A stretch of DNA of 64,000 nt from Octopus sinensis (Eukaryota): contig NC_043014.1 in assembly GCF_006345805.1 (NCBI RefSeq), positions 2,294,001 to 2,358,000 of the forward strand. The letters run 5' to 3'. Positions within the stretch are counted from its first letter, which is position 1. Each line of letters opens with the position of its first letter. Under the pieces are notes generated by a model. That model was not told the DNA's origin, did not search any database, and saw only the letters and a list, made by a program, of their open reading frames with translations. Shown here piece after piece: positions 23,174 through 36,289 of the stretch. Position numbers and translations under genes: made by a program.

Positions 23174-23395
23174 ATGTTTGTGTGTCTGTGTTTGTCCCCC
23201 TAGCATTGCTTGACAACTGATGCTGGTGTGTTTATGTCCCCGTTACTTAGCGGTTCGGCAAAAGAGGACCGATAGAATAAGTACTGGGCTTACAAAAGAA
23301 TAAGTCCCGGGGTCGATTTGCTCGTCTAAAAGGCGGTGCTCCAGCATGGCCGCAGTCAAATGACTGAAACGAGTAAAAGAGTAAAGATAGTAAAG
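23041..23395 (+). mobile_element. SINE family A, 5'-truncated
   Basis: Match to family consensus. Confidence 0.85.
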
Positions 23396-23783
23396 AGTAC
23401 ACCATGTGATCTTGGAGGTAGAGAATACTTCTGATGACATAAAGCAGATATATTACATCATTTCTGCTTTTAATGCAATTTAAATACACCCTATGGTCCA
23501 TATTTATTAACCAACATCAATAATCGCTGTCGTACAAACCGCTCCCGAAAACCTGTTTTAAGGCATTCTTAGAATGTAATCGTATTGAAATCTTAACACA
23601 TGACGTAATGTATAATTTATCCTACTTTTTGGGGCCATGTCATGCGATATTTATGCATTATCATGGTGTCCTTTGTTGAGGGCTTGTCATGTGATATGTG
23701 TACGTTGAATGATATCATGTGAGGCAATTCGATGGCTGGTGAGTCATGTACGCTTTCCCTCTCTCTCTCACCCTCTCCCTCTT

Positions 23784-23836
<53 letters not shown>

Positions 23837-24454
23837 GTTGATACTCGGCTGTCTTCTATTATGTTACTGGGTTGGTATTTGCCCTTAGTTCTTGGTTGCG
23901 TGAGCACGTTGGTGGCGGGAAGGTGAGGGCACGGTTGTGACTCAGTGTACGGCGATGTCATGGGCAGATTGTTTTTAAGGCTTGGGGGAAGGGGAGAAGA
24001 ATGAGGAGGCGGGGATGAGGCGGGGGAGCGGTTTTGATGAAGTAGCCACTGAAGATAATAGAAAGAGAGGAAGATGATGATGATGATGATGATGATGATA
24101 ATGCGGCGAAGGAGGAGGATGAACATACATACATACATACATACATACATACATACATACATACATACATACATACATACATGCATACATATTTACATAT
24201 ACGGTGGTTATCAACTCATAGACAAGTATGACCACCACTAACAAATTATCCAAGATGTCAAACACAGTGGCGGTCAGCAATGTCCGTGCCGAAGTTTAAA
24301 GTCCATAACTTTGCAAAACACATTTTCTAAACTTTTTTTTATCAACATTCCAAATATGGAATTTTGTATCATTATTAGAGACCAGCTCCTTTCATACAGG
24401 AAGAATACAAATTATTAAACACAGGGTCGGTCGACATGCATATATACATACATA

Positions 24455-24815
24455 AATCGATCAACATCAATGGAAATTGTAGCTGTGATACCAGTGCCGG
24501 TGGTACGTAAGAGAACCATCCGAACGTGGCCGTTGCCAGCGCCGCCCCGACTGGCCTCGTGCCGGTGGCACGTAAAAAGCACCATCCGATCGTGGTCATT
24601 TACCAGCTTCGTCTGGCACCTGTGCCGGTGGCACGTAAAAATCACCCACTACACTCACGGAGTGGTTGGCGTTAGGAAGGGCATCCAGCTGTAGAAACAT
24701 TGCCGGATCAGACTGGAGCTTGGTGCAGCCTTCTGGCTTCCCAGACCCCAGTTAAACCGTCCAACCCATGCCAGCATGGAAAGCGGACGCTAAACGAAGA
24801 TGATGAGATGATGAT
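24455..24815 (+). mobile_element. RTE LINE 3' UTR fragment
   Basis: Same sequence as 38285-38645; (GAT)n tail. Confidence 0.8.
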
Positions 24816-25306
24816 ATTGTTAAATAGAATCTATGCTTACTTTCCGGAACTCATGGTTTCATGCTGACAAAAATACAAACAAGAACGCATCATGCATACA
24901 TATATACATTCATATACGCGTGTGTGTGTGTGTATATGTATATACACACACACGACACACACACATACTCTATGAAAGGAGCTGGTTTCTAATAATTATA
25001 CAGATTTGAAAAAATTAAGATGTATAAACAAGAGGCATATAATTGATTGCCTCGTGTTTATATATTTAATCTGAGGTGTACCTGTTGATAACGATTTCAC
25101 CTGGCAAATTATCTTATTTACTAAACTAAAATCAGGAACCAATTGGTCCAGGAAACTAGATGGTAAAATTTCTTATTTTTCATTTCGTTCCTTTTGGGAT
25201 TTTATTCCTAATTTTGTGGTTTTGGAACCTAGCTGTTCTTTCTAGCGTGTTGAATCCTATGAGTGGATTCCTCTTAAGTGTTTAAATGTACACTGTATTT
25301 TATGAG

Positions 25307-25342
<36 letters not shown>

Positions 25343-25910
25343 TATATAAAGGGCTTAGTAAAATAAATTACTTTGCCGCATACTGAACTCATTAGAAATA
25401 GTAGCTAAAAAAACTTTTTAAAACTATTTCTAATACATAAAGAAAACCTCTCTCATATAGTGTTTGCTCAATTCAACTCACGAAGTATGGGGGTAAAGGA
25501 CATTAAAAAAATCAAATGCAAAGAAGGTTATATATATATATATATAAATATATATATATATGTAAACAGTAAAAAATAAATACAGACATGGACAAGAACA
25601 TGAAACACCAAAGAGACGACACAAGAACCATAGGACGGGACATTCGAAGCCCTCAGTCATCAGTCAAGAACCAGATCATCTTCGCAATTTCGGCTGATTA
25701 ATCTTGTATATATACATATATATATAAATATGCATATATATATATATATACATACACACATGTACTCACTATAAATGTACAAATACAAACTACAAAGTCA
25801 CACACGCAGATACAGATGCGGACACGCGCAGAATTGCTGAAGCATGGAACAACAACCGACATCAGTTGTTAGCTGTCGAGACACTGCTCCTTCAAAACTT
25901 CCATGCTTCC

Positions 25911-26010
25911 NNNNNNNNNNNNNNNNNNNNNNNNNNNNNNNNNNNNNNNNNNNNNNNNNNNNNNNNNNNNNNNNNNNNNNNNNNNNNNNNNNNNNNNNNN
26001 NNNNNNNNNN
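25911..26010. other. Assembly gap (100 N)
   Basis: N run. Confidence 1.
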
Positions 26011-27190
26011 TAGAAAGGACAAAAAGAAAATAGGGAAGGCCAACTCTTGGTATGATAGCCATAAATACCAGAGTGTCATGTTCGTTGACACCACCCCTGG
26101 AGGTGAACTAGCGTACCACTTTAGAAGGACCCTAGATAACTTAAACTAAGAATTAAGGTTGTTGAAACCAGGCAACCCTATCAGATCTATAATTGGTAGA
26201 AGCTATCCTTTTAGTAGAACTCTCTGTACGGATAACTATTGCACTGTATGTAGATTTAGCCCACAAACGAACTGTAAAGCCAGAAATGTGGTCTATAGTA
26301 TAAGATGTATAGAGGGACGATGCAGTAACAAGACAGTAACATACGTAGGGGAAACTGCAGAAGCATTGATGAGCGGGTGAATGAACATTGGAGACAACTC
26401 AAGGAGGTAAAAGCTCATCGATTCTGTACCAACACGCCGCAAGAAAACACGGGGGATCAATCAATAACATAGAGATTAAGATATTGTCCACACATAGAAC
26501 AGATGCAACAATTAGACAAATTACAGAAGCTACACATATAATAGAAAATAAACCTAGCCTGAATAGAAAACTAGAATGGAGCAATAGCGCACACCACAAC
26601 ATATGACAATAGTGGATCCTGCAAACATAATAAATACACAGTAATTAAAGAAATAGAAATGAATATCTATATATATGTATATGTGTATATATATGTATAT
26701 GTATATGTGTATATATGTTTGTGTATATGTATATATATATATATATGTATATGTAGTGTATGTATATATATGTATGTATATGTATATTCCTTTTTTTTTT
26801 TTTTCGATTAGATTTATTATTATTATTACTAATATTGTTGTTATACATACATACAAGCATATGTAATGATAAAATGGGTGGATGTAAACACATGAACAAA
26901 ATTAGAACAAAAGCAACAACAACAAAAACAAAATACAAATTACAAGAATGTATATAACCAGAAGATACAAATATTACAGGCATCCCCCCCACACACACAC
27001 TAAATAAACATAGACGCACATAGAGATATAAACATGCGCAAATGAAGACATACAATAGAAATATAAAATGGCTGACGGTTAGTAAGGAGAGACACAAGTA
27101 AGTGAGAAAACAAAGGACCACTGATGCGGTCACAGGAGTGTGACGAAAGAACTTTGGCCGAAATAAGATTAAGATTAATGTAAAAAATAA
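26011..27190 (+). mobile_element. Penelope-like element remnant: GIY-YIG endonuclease plus downstream pLTR-like region
   Basis: VMFVDTTPGGELA...C..C....CKARNVVYSIRC...YVGET...H...H...R...EA..I...KPSLN with stops and frameshifts; decayed hammerhead at 27115-27159. Confidence 0.85.
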
Positions 27191-27344
27191 ATATCACTGA
27201 AGCAAAATAACACCAAATATATAGTGCGTGTGTTTTTATTGGCTAAACTGGCAATATGACCATTCCGAAATATAACAATATCTGTTTCAACACACGACTT
27301 CACATAAAAAATCTTGCACAACAAATATTTAAACGTATAAATAT

Positions 27345-27412
<68 letters not shown>

Positions 27413-27797
27413 TATTTATATATATATATATATAATATACACACACATACACACGTTTTATATGTGCATATATGTATGTATATTTTATATACATAGTATA
27501 TATCTATTTACATATACATACATATGCATATGTACATACATACACACACACATATATATATATATACATACATGCATGTATATGTAGGAAGGATTGTTAT
27601 AGCTAAATAACAATAAAAGGAACAGAGCAGAGTTATGTCCCCCTTATTCTGTCATTGGTGGTTGCCACTTTGATTGTCTTGCACTCTCAGCAGTCCTTGC
27701 CACATTGCATTTCTGCTAGAAAGATATCTAAACACAAGACGGACATTTAGTCTCTCTTCTTATTCTGCGTGATTCTCACTGGACTTTTATATAAAAA

Positions 27798-28187
27798 CTA
27801 GCAGTATTGCTCGGGTTTGTAAGGGAAATAACTATATAAGCATTTTTAGAGAGTTATAGCCAAAAAAATAGCAAAAAAATGCACTAAAAATGGAAAAAAA
27901 ATTATGTAAATTTTTTTTTCATCGTTGACTCATCGTAGACATTTTAGAGAGTTACTTCCCTTATATAATAGCGAAAAAATGCATTAAAATGGAAAAAAAC
28001 GATGGTAATTTTATCTTTAAATCGTAGACGCATCGTAGACGCGCACTAATACCCAGAAGGGCTCGATATGAATCACGACTATAAGATACCCGGTTTTGGT
28101 TAAACTGCACCGCAAAATGTGGGAGTAGTTAGGAATCTAAATCGTAGGAGACAGACACTCACACTACTTGACTTTTATATATGAAGA
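27798..28187 (-). mobile_element. Non-autonomous Helitron (family shared with 40071, 42800, 55705)
   Basis: 5' TC, 3' CTAG, A|T site; shared body. Confidence 0.8.
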
Positions 28188-28831
28188 TGTGGCTATTAAT
28201 TGGTGAAAGAAAAGAAATAGAAAGAGAGGTGGACAGAGAGAGGGGGTGGGGAGGATTTTAAGGATTGGCTCTGGGGTAAAGTAAGGTGCATATGTGTAAG
28301 GTGTCTAAGAATTGTGTAGGGGGTAGCTGAGAAGAAGAGAGAGAGAGGATAAGGAGGCAGAAGAGGAAAGGGTAGAAAAATTAGGTGAAAGGAAATGAAA
28401 GGAATTTAAAGAGAGAAGCAGATGTCTGGTAGTGTGATAGCCTAAAGTTTTTGGGGAGGAGATTTGGTAGTAATTGTTGGAGTCTGTCCTGGTTAAGGTC
28501 AGTGGCTTTGGAGTTAATGGAATTATGATATAAACAGTTATAATCAGAATATTAATTAATTATTGATACCAGAGGGAAAAAGACAAAAGTATATTAAAGA
28601 TTAAAGATTAAAGTAAAATTATCATTAGGAGTAGGTTAACGAAATATATTTAAAATACAGCAAAGAACAGGAATTGAGGTATGAGTGCAACAGATCATAG
28701 AGGATATATTTTATAATTAGGGGGGATTTGAAAATTAAGGACTCGTTAGGAAAAACATAGTATATCTATATTAACCATTGTATGATGGATTCACCACTGG
28801 GATTGGGTAGGTATATATTATGATTAATGTG

Positions 28832-29213
28832 GAGATGCAATGGCCCAGTGGTTAGGGCAGCGGACTCGTGGTTGTAGGATCGCGGTTTCGATTCCCAGAC
28901 CGGGCGTTGTGAGTGTTTATTGAGTGAAAACACCTAAAGCTCCACGAGGCTCTGGCAGGGGATGGTGGTGATCCCTGCTGTACTCTTTCACCCCAACTTT
29001 CTCTCACTCTTACTTCCTGTTTCTGTTGTACCTGTATTTCAAAGGGCTGGCCTTGTCACTCTCTGTGTCACGCTGAATATCCCCGAGAACTACGTTAAGG
29101 GTACACATGTCTGTGGAGTGCTCAGCCACTTACACGTTAATTTCACGAGCAGGCTGTTCTGTTGGTCAGATCAACCGGAACCCTCGTCGTCGTAACCGAC
29201 AGAGTGCTTCCAC
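28832..29213 (+). mobile_element. SINE family B, near full length
   Basis: tRNA-like head and body matching 59878-60143. Confidence 0.85.
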
Positions 29214-29740
29214 ACACATTATGATTAATAACCCATTTCACCCATTTGATCCGTCCAATAATTCTTAAATGATGAGAGAACATTCCTGCACACAAAACTG
29301 CTAAGTGCAAATTCTAAAATTAAAAAATTGATACACAGATAAAGGTAGGCTACTTTTTAGGCAATTTTTTAAATTGTCATTTCCCTTGCAATCGATTTGA
29401 TCATTAGCAGGAAGTGACATTCAGAATAGATTGTTGACATTATGTAAGAACATTCCCACACACTCGTATTTATAAATATATATAAATTCATACTAACCTA
29501 TCCAACGTGTGACACATTCAAGCATTTTCTGGATGCATGTCTATTTCTGTCCAATCATTTACTGTCATTTTTACAGCCTTTCAGTGTAAATTATTCTATG
29601 AAGTTATTAACTCTTACAAATATGCTTTGCAAATTGTCTGATGTCTTGAACATGTGCTAAGCAGATCTCATCCATATCTCCGCAGCTTTCATTTACTTGT
29701 GTGCTATTGTTTTACATCGGCAGATAGATATTAGGTTTTC

Positions 29741-29812
29741 TATATATACGTCTAGTGGTTAGGATTCCTGGTGTTCACCCAGGTGGCTCGGGTTTGATTC
29801 CCGGCATAGGAA
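29741..29812 (+). pseudogene. tRNA-Glu(TTC) pseudogene
   Basis: TCTAGTGGTTAGGA D-arm, CCTGG-TGTTCAC-CCAGG anticodon arm, GGTTTGATTCCCGG T-arm (TTC>TTT); acceptor 5' strand degraded. Confidence 0.7.
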
Positions 29813-29819
29813 TGCATGT

Positions 29820-29972
29820 TTGTTGGCGTTAGGAAGGGCATCCAGCTGTAGAAACACTGCCAGATCAGACTGGGCCTGGTGCAGCCTTCTAGCTTCCCAG
29901 ACCCCAGTTGAACCGTCCAATCCATGCCAGCATGGAAAGCGGACGTTAAATGATGATGATGATGATGATGAC
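29820..29972 (+). mobile_element. RTE 3' tail fragment
   Basis: GGCGTTAGGAAGGGCATCCAGC...(GAT)n. Confidence 0.8.
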
Positions 29973-31147
29973 GTCAGACGAGCAGGTTGAATTCTTTTCC
30001 ATGCTGGCTTGTTTTGAAGTTACAGAGATTTCTAATACTCAACATCTTAAAGGAACTTTCCAAGAATGAAATATCACAGCCAAAAACCATTTTAACAAAA
30101 CATGGGCCTTAAGTAATTTAGAGATGTTTCTAGCTCTAAAATTTAATTCTTATTGTGATTGAAGATCAATGATCCTGTGTTGGGATGACATCTATAGCTA
30201 ACTTTAACAATATTTCTATCAAAGGTCTTGTTATACTTAGGTATGTGGGAATTGAATGTGAGCATTTCCAGTTATATTTGTAGCCATCTTCATGCTGTAT
30301 GGAGAATTATATTTTAAAATTTTCTTACATCAACAACTTTTTTTTCTTTCTTTTTTGGCCAGCCGAAGTTTCATTTGCTATAGGTTACATTGGAAGGTGG
30401 CAAGCTGGCAGAAACAGTAGCACACTGGGTGAAATGCTTAGAGGTATTTTTTCTGCTGTTACGTTCTGAGTTCAAATTCCGCCAAGGTTGACTTTGCCTT
30501 TCATCCTTTCGGGGTCAATAAATTAATACCATTTACGCATATAGACATATTTTACTCAGTGTTTTTACACATTTTTTCCTGTATTTTTGCCCTTAGCCCT
30601 GTTTCTTCTTGTGTTACACGTATGTATAATTCTTTTTGTGCATGCGTGTGTGTGTGCATATATAGACATGTGCGGGTATATACGTATATGGGCGTGTGTG
30701 CGTGCATAAGGGTATGTGCATATGTATACGTGGTTTACTCTTTGTATACTCCCTTATGCCGTTTTTCTGTATTGTTACCCTTAACCCCGTCTTTTCTTGT
30801 GCTTGTGCATATGAAGACATGTGTATGACCCTTTTCAGTGCATGTGTGTGTGGGGGAGGTTGTATGTATATGCATATACATTTGGCGAAGGTTGCGAGGG
30901 AGGATGTGTACGTTTTCAAGCGAGAGTGGATGAATGTATAGTTTTAGGCGCATGCAGGTGGGTGTCCGGGTGCACATGTGTAGGTATGAACAGGCACGCT
31001 TACACGAATACTATGAACTTTTACCCCCTTACTTTACTCCCTTACTTAGCGGTCATTCGCATAACACTTTTGTCTTAATAACAGTCAATCACACAGTAAT
31101 TTCCCTTTGTATAACGGTCATTTTTCATAGCATTTTTCCAATGGCTG

Positions 31148-31208
31148 GATAACTGAAGAGATGGTGGCGTGGATTTCCACCTCGGCATCCGAAACTCGGA
31201 GTTTTATC
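31148..31208 (+). ncRNA. Type I hammerhead ribozyme (one extra nucleotide at stem II base)
   Basis: GATAA-CTGAAGA-GATG...CATC-C-GAAA-CTCGGAG-TT-TTATC. Confidence 0.65.
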
Positions 31209-31263
31209 ATGGCTACAAAATAATTGTCACATATCACATTTACAGATATATATATATATATAT

Positions 31264-31302
<39 letters not shown>

Positions 31303-31434
31303 GCACACACATACAGTTCACTAGTCTACAAGGAAGAGAGATCACTCACAAGGGGCAGGAATATTAACAACACTTTTACCAGTGACTGGGGAGTCGATAT
31401 CATTTTCTTAACATGCTTTCCCTTGTTTTGTCTG

Positions 31435-31435
31435 T

Positions 31436-31468
<33 letters not shown>

Positions 31469-31750
31469 GTTTAACGTCCGTTTTCCGCTCTAGCACGGGT
31501 TGGATGGTTCGACCGGGGTCTGGGAAGCCAGGAGGCTGCACCAGGCTCCAGTCTGATCTGGCAGTGCTTCTACAGCTGGATGCCCTTCCTAACGCCAACC
31601 ACTCCGCGAGTGTAGTGGGTGCTTTTTACGTGCCACCAGCACAGTTGCCAGCGGAGTCTGGCATCGGCCACAATTGGTTGGTGCTTTTAATGTGCCACCG
31701 GCACGGAAGCCAGTCGAGGCGGCGCTGGCATCGGCCACGTTTGGATGGTT
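31435..31750 (-). mobile_element. RTE 3' UTR fragment
   Basis: Reverse complement of 38340-38645. Confidence 0.8.
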
Positions 31751-31774
31751 AAAAATTTTATTTATTACTTCCAG

Positions 31775-31888
31775 ATGATCCCCAAACAAAGCCAATGCCA
31801 TCAACAATAACTGAAGATCCTTCAACACGCAAACCAAATCCCAGTGCCACAACGAAGAAAACTGTTGCTATTGCTGCTTCTAATACAG
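31775..31888 (+). CDS. Ser/Thr/Pro-rich stalk exon of a putative single-pass membrane protein
   Basis: TTACTTCCAG acceptor, GTAAAT donor, 114 nt phase 1-1; DPQTKPMPSTITEDPSTRKPNPSATTKKTVAIAASNT. Confidence 0.6.
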
Positions 31889-32065
31889 GTAAATGGATTT
31901 CCTGCCACTCCTCCTTGTTACGTTGTTTTTGCTTTTGCTCTTGTTTAGCCCCAGGTCAGTCATGCTCAACAAAAAAATTTGTTATTGAGACATACTACAA
32001 CTAGGAGTACATTATCTAATGTGCTTTGTATCTATGTAAATATATACATATACACACACACACAC

Positions 32066-32098
<33 letters not shown>

Positions 32099-32679
32099 TA
32101 TATATACACGTATCTTTATCTCAAAATGCAATCTCCTCATTCTACATTGAGTGAAAAATGGGATGGACCCTTTGGTTTTGTTTTGGTGTCTCGCTCTGTC
32201 GTACACAACTATGAGGATTTGCATCCCCAACGTAAATCGTCTTTTTCCCAAACTTATATTGTAATACATGTCCTTGGAGTAGTAATTGTGCGTGGCTGAA
32301 GAAGGCTATAGACATACAAATTACATCAATTATGCATTGATATAAACCGTCTAATAAAAGCCAGAAACATATGTACCACTAAATCCTTTGCATCATGTTT
32401 TTCTTTTGATAAATATATATATACACATATACATACACACACACATATATACACATAACTACAATAAACAGTATGAATAAATTATATTACGTGCGTTTCC
32501 ATAATGTAGCTATTTATTTGTTCCGAGCTGAATTATATAACCAAACCCTTTCATCAGACATTTTGAACAGTTCACAGATAAGATTGATCTCACACACACA
32601 TATCAGTACATGTATGAGTATGTATATATATATATGTATTCATGTATATCTGTGTGTGTGATGTACATGTGTGTATACA

Positions 32680-32715
<36 letters not shown>

Positions 32716-32826
32716 TATTTAACAGCGGTGCATCAGCATGGCCGCAGCTCTGAGCTGAAACTAGAGAAAAAAAATATATGTGTATATATATATATATTAT
32801 ATATTATATATATGTATGTATGTGTG

Positions 32827-32906
<80 letters not shown>

Positions 32907-33341
32907 GTTCAGTTAAAGGTTAAATACCTCATGAAGAGATAAAAAATCGAATGAATTTACTGGTATATCACCTATTATAAATATTGAATATTATATTTAA
33001 TCTTCAAGAACAAGGAAATTGGGTAAACTGAGGTTTGTAATTACTCAAGAAAAATAAAAAATGCAGAAGGATAAATTAATAATTATTTATTAATTACAAA
33101 AATTGACATAGTCTCTGACAGCTGTTTCGATTCAAAATTTTAGAAATTAATTAGAATCATGAAAAACATTATAACGTTGAATCTTATCGGATGTAGCAAG
33201 AAGGTATACTATTATATTTTTATAAAAATATTTTTGGATAAAATCATTGAAGCTTGTCTCTCATATTTACTTCTTTCATTTGTGTTTTTCCTTTTCTTTT
33301 TTTTTTCATTTCTAATGAATTTCTTCTTTTCTTTTGATCAG

Positions 33342-33455
33342 AAACGGTGAATATTATGATTAAAAGTGTCATAGGAACGCTAATCATCCTCATCATTGTG
33401 ATTGTCTTTTCCATCATTCTGTACAAATATAGAGCTACACGGGCAAAAATTCAAA
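33342..33455 (+). CDS. Transmembrane exon of a putative single-pass membrane protein
   Basis: Long polypyrimidine acceptor, GTTAGT donor, 114 nt phase 1-1; TVNIMIKSVIGTLIILIIVIVFSIILYKYRATRAKIQ (hydrophobic helix then basic stop-transfer). Confidence 0.75.
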
Positions 33456-33743
33456 GTTAGTTTATGTCCATTCAGATTTCTTATAAACCACCTTTAAATT
33501 ACATGTCTATGTCCACCTTGCCTTTGGTTTTATTCCTTTTGTCTACCTGTAGGTAACATTTACCTTTCTTCCTTCTATATTTTTTACCTTTTACCAATTC
33601 TGTGAGTGAGTCAATGTTTGTGTGTGTGTTTGATTTGGTGTATGCGTGCGTGTGTGTCTGTTTTTGTGTGTACGTACTTTACAGAAATGATTCTGTTCTC
33701 TTTAACCAATTCCATTAATTAAATCTCTCTTAGTCTCTTTCAG

Positions 33744-33765
33744 GACCTCGAAAAACTCCAGAAAA
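33744..33765 (+). CDS. 22-nt juxtamembrane micro-exon (or terminal exon)
   Basis: TCTCTTTCAG acceptor, GTAAGA donor; (R)PRKTPE(K); read-through gives an immediate TAA. Confidence 0.55.
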
Positions 33766-33804
33766 GTAAGATAAGATTTTGCTTAATTTTACATTGCCAC
33801 TGTT

Positions 33805-33985
33805 GGGGTGGGGCTACCAGGGGTGGAGCTACCTGGGGTGGTGCTACCAGGGGTGGTGCTACCAGGGGTGGTGCTACCAGGGGTGGGGCTACCAGGGGTG
33901 GGGCTACCAGGGGTGGTGCTACCAGGGGTGGGGCTACCAGGGGTGGGGCTACCAGGGGTGGGGCTACCAGGAGTGGTGCTACTGC
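33805..33985. repeat. 15-bp G-rich minisatellite, 12 units (GGGGTGG[G/T]GCTACCA)
   Basis: Direct inspection. Confidence 0.95.
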
Positions 33986-34399
33986 AGATTCATGTTTGTG
34001 TATGCATATATACACACACAAATGGTGTATGTCTGTGTGTGTGCCTATGTGTATATATGAATATACATATGCCTTTTATGTTTTAGTTGTTTGAGTCATT
34101 TGACTGGCCATGCTGGGGCACCGCCTCGAATATATGAGTGTATGTATATTAATTTTAGTAAGAATAGCTTTGACAATGTATTGTGGAAGGATTCCGACCA
34201 CCCTTAAGTGACCAGAGGTGGACTGACCCATTGCATACCAATGCAGTCCTTTCTGTTGCACAATACATCTGATGCCTTTTATGGCCAAATTCTCTCTCAA
34301 AATGCTTCCACTATGTCATACATGCACAGAGACCAATTCTCACATTTCCTGTTTGTGCTTTTACAAATTTGCGAGTTCTTTGATGCTTTGTGACAATCT

Positions 34400-34438
34400 T
34401 ATAATAATAATGATGATAATAATAATAATAATAATAAT

Positions 34439-34469
<31 letters not shown>

Positions 34470-35065
34470 ATGAAATTATTGTATACAGTGCTCAGGTGCA
34501 CCACAACTTGTCAGAGTATATGCAGTAATGTACAAATGTCTGGAAAGCGAACAATGTATGAGTCAGATACGTGCTTGCGTGTATATGGAGGGGAGAAAAT
34601 CAGGTGTAGTGTTGGCGAATCTCAGAAAGCTTGGAAGTTTTGAAGGATGCAGTGCTCCGACAACTAACAACTGATGCCGGCAGTTTGTTCCATGCTTCAG
34701 CAACTCTCAGCGCGAAAAAATGCTTCCTAAAGTCATGGGAGCTGTGCTGTTTTCTTACTTTGTAAATATGTCCACGGGTGTTAGACAGGTGGAGTTTGAA
34801 AAGGTGCTCAGAGTCATTGTTTGTAAGATGGTTAATAATTTTATGGGTGTCTGCCAAGTCAGCTGCCAGATGTAGGAGTTTCAATGTGTCCATGCCCAGG
34901 GAAGTAAGGCGTTCAGAATATGGCAAATGCCTGATGGAGGGTATTCTCTTAGTTGCACGTCACTGAACAGCTTCCAGACGATTGATATCCTGGGCAAGAT
35001 AGGGGTTCCAGACCGGTGATGCAAATTCCAGGTGAGGTCTTACCATAGCTATATAAAGCCGCAGA
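34400..35065 (-). mobile_element. CR1/L2-group LINE 3' end
   Basis: PHLEFASPVWNPYLAQDI..LEAVQ*RATK...PYSERL...TRGH..K...RKHFF..RV..AWN.LP; (TAT)n tail. Confidence 0.85.
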
Positions 35066-35361
35066 TATCTTCATGTACATATTTACAGAATGGTATTAAC
35101 AAATGGTTAATGCATTTCATGGATGACAACTAAATATGGTTATGAATCACAAAAGTACTTTTAAAATTTCAGAGTTAAAAAAATAAAAATGGGAAAAAGA
35201 ATTCGTGCTGGAATATGAGTGTGTGTGTGTGTGTGTAGGTGTACTTGTGTGTGTATTTGTGTGTATGCATTTATATATCTGTATCATAAGTGCATATACA
35301 AATATATATACATCAATATGTGTATATACATATATACATTTTTGTAAAGATATATATATAT

Positions 35362-35443
<82 letters not shown>

Positions 35444-35591
35444 GGATGGACAGATGGATAGATAGATGGATAGATACAGATATACATATATATATATTTT
35501 TTATTTTATTTGTTATTTATGCTTTGGTTTATGTCTATCACTGTTTGAGTTGCATAATAGTGGTTTTATCTCTAATTTAAATTTTATATAT

Positions 35592-35634
<43 letters not shown>

Positions 35635-35733
35635 TCAGTAATAATGAAGGGTGAAATTAATTGATTTGGAATAATTATCAATTACACCAAGTAGATTTCG
35701 GCATGTAAAAGCCCCATTCGAGGAAAATTTAAG

Positions 35734-36004
35734 TAATACTAAGTAATTAAGGGTTTAGCAACGAATTGCCTCACCAACACACCGAATTTAGAAATAGCAG
35801 TCAAAGAGATATAGCTATTCCTTCTACTAAAAGGGGGATCTCAGTAAAAACACAGCACTTGAAAGGCAAGTGTTTGCCTTTCAAGTGCTGTGTTTTTACT
35901 GAGATCCCCCTTTTAGTAGAAGGAATAGCTATATCTCTTTGACTGCTATTTCTAAATTCGGTGTGTTGGTGAGGCAATTCGTTGCTAAACCCTTAATTAC
36001 TTAG

Positions 36005-36009
<5 letters not shown>
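35734..36009. repeat. Perfect palindrome, 136-bp arms, 4-nt loop
   Basis: 35734-35869 is the exact reverse complement of 35874-36009 by inspection; loop GTGT. Confidence 0.95.
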
Positions 36010-36040
<31 letters not shown>

Positions 36041-36289
36041 AAGGTATGTGTAATCTGGTATTTGTGTTTTCTTTAGCAACCAGAGACAAGAGAATGCGAT
36101 GAACAGAAGACTGGGCCTTATCCATTTGCAAGGGACTCCAAAGAATATACAGATGTACAACAATGTGGGTAAACTCATGTCCCTTCTTTCTGCTAAACAC
36201 TCACACATACACCTGCACAAATGCATACATACACCCATATACACATACGTACACACAGACAATGACCCCTCTTCCTTGCTCTGATATCA

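Noticed and set aside
23445-23500. Hammerhead candidate CTGATGA plus strong hairpin
   Set aside because: GAAA, stem III and stem I are missing.
23617-24280. First exon of the SLC22-like gene, or a Ly6-like signal exon
   Set aside because: Good isolated splice signals but no SLC22 N-terminal motif; plus-strand frame has an internal stop.
25640-25710. Minus-strand CTGATGA...GAAT hammerhead candidate (also 35690-35725 and 18385)
   Set aside because: Core or stems cannot be closed; at best heavily decayed pLTR fragments.
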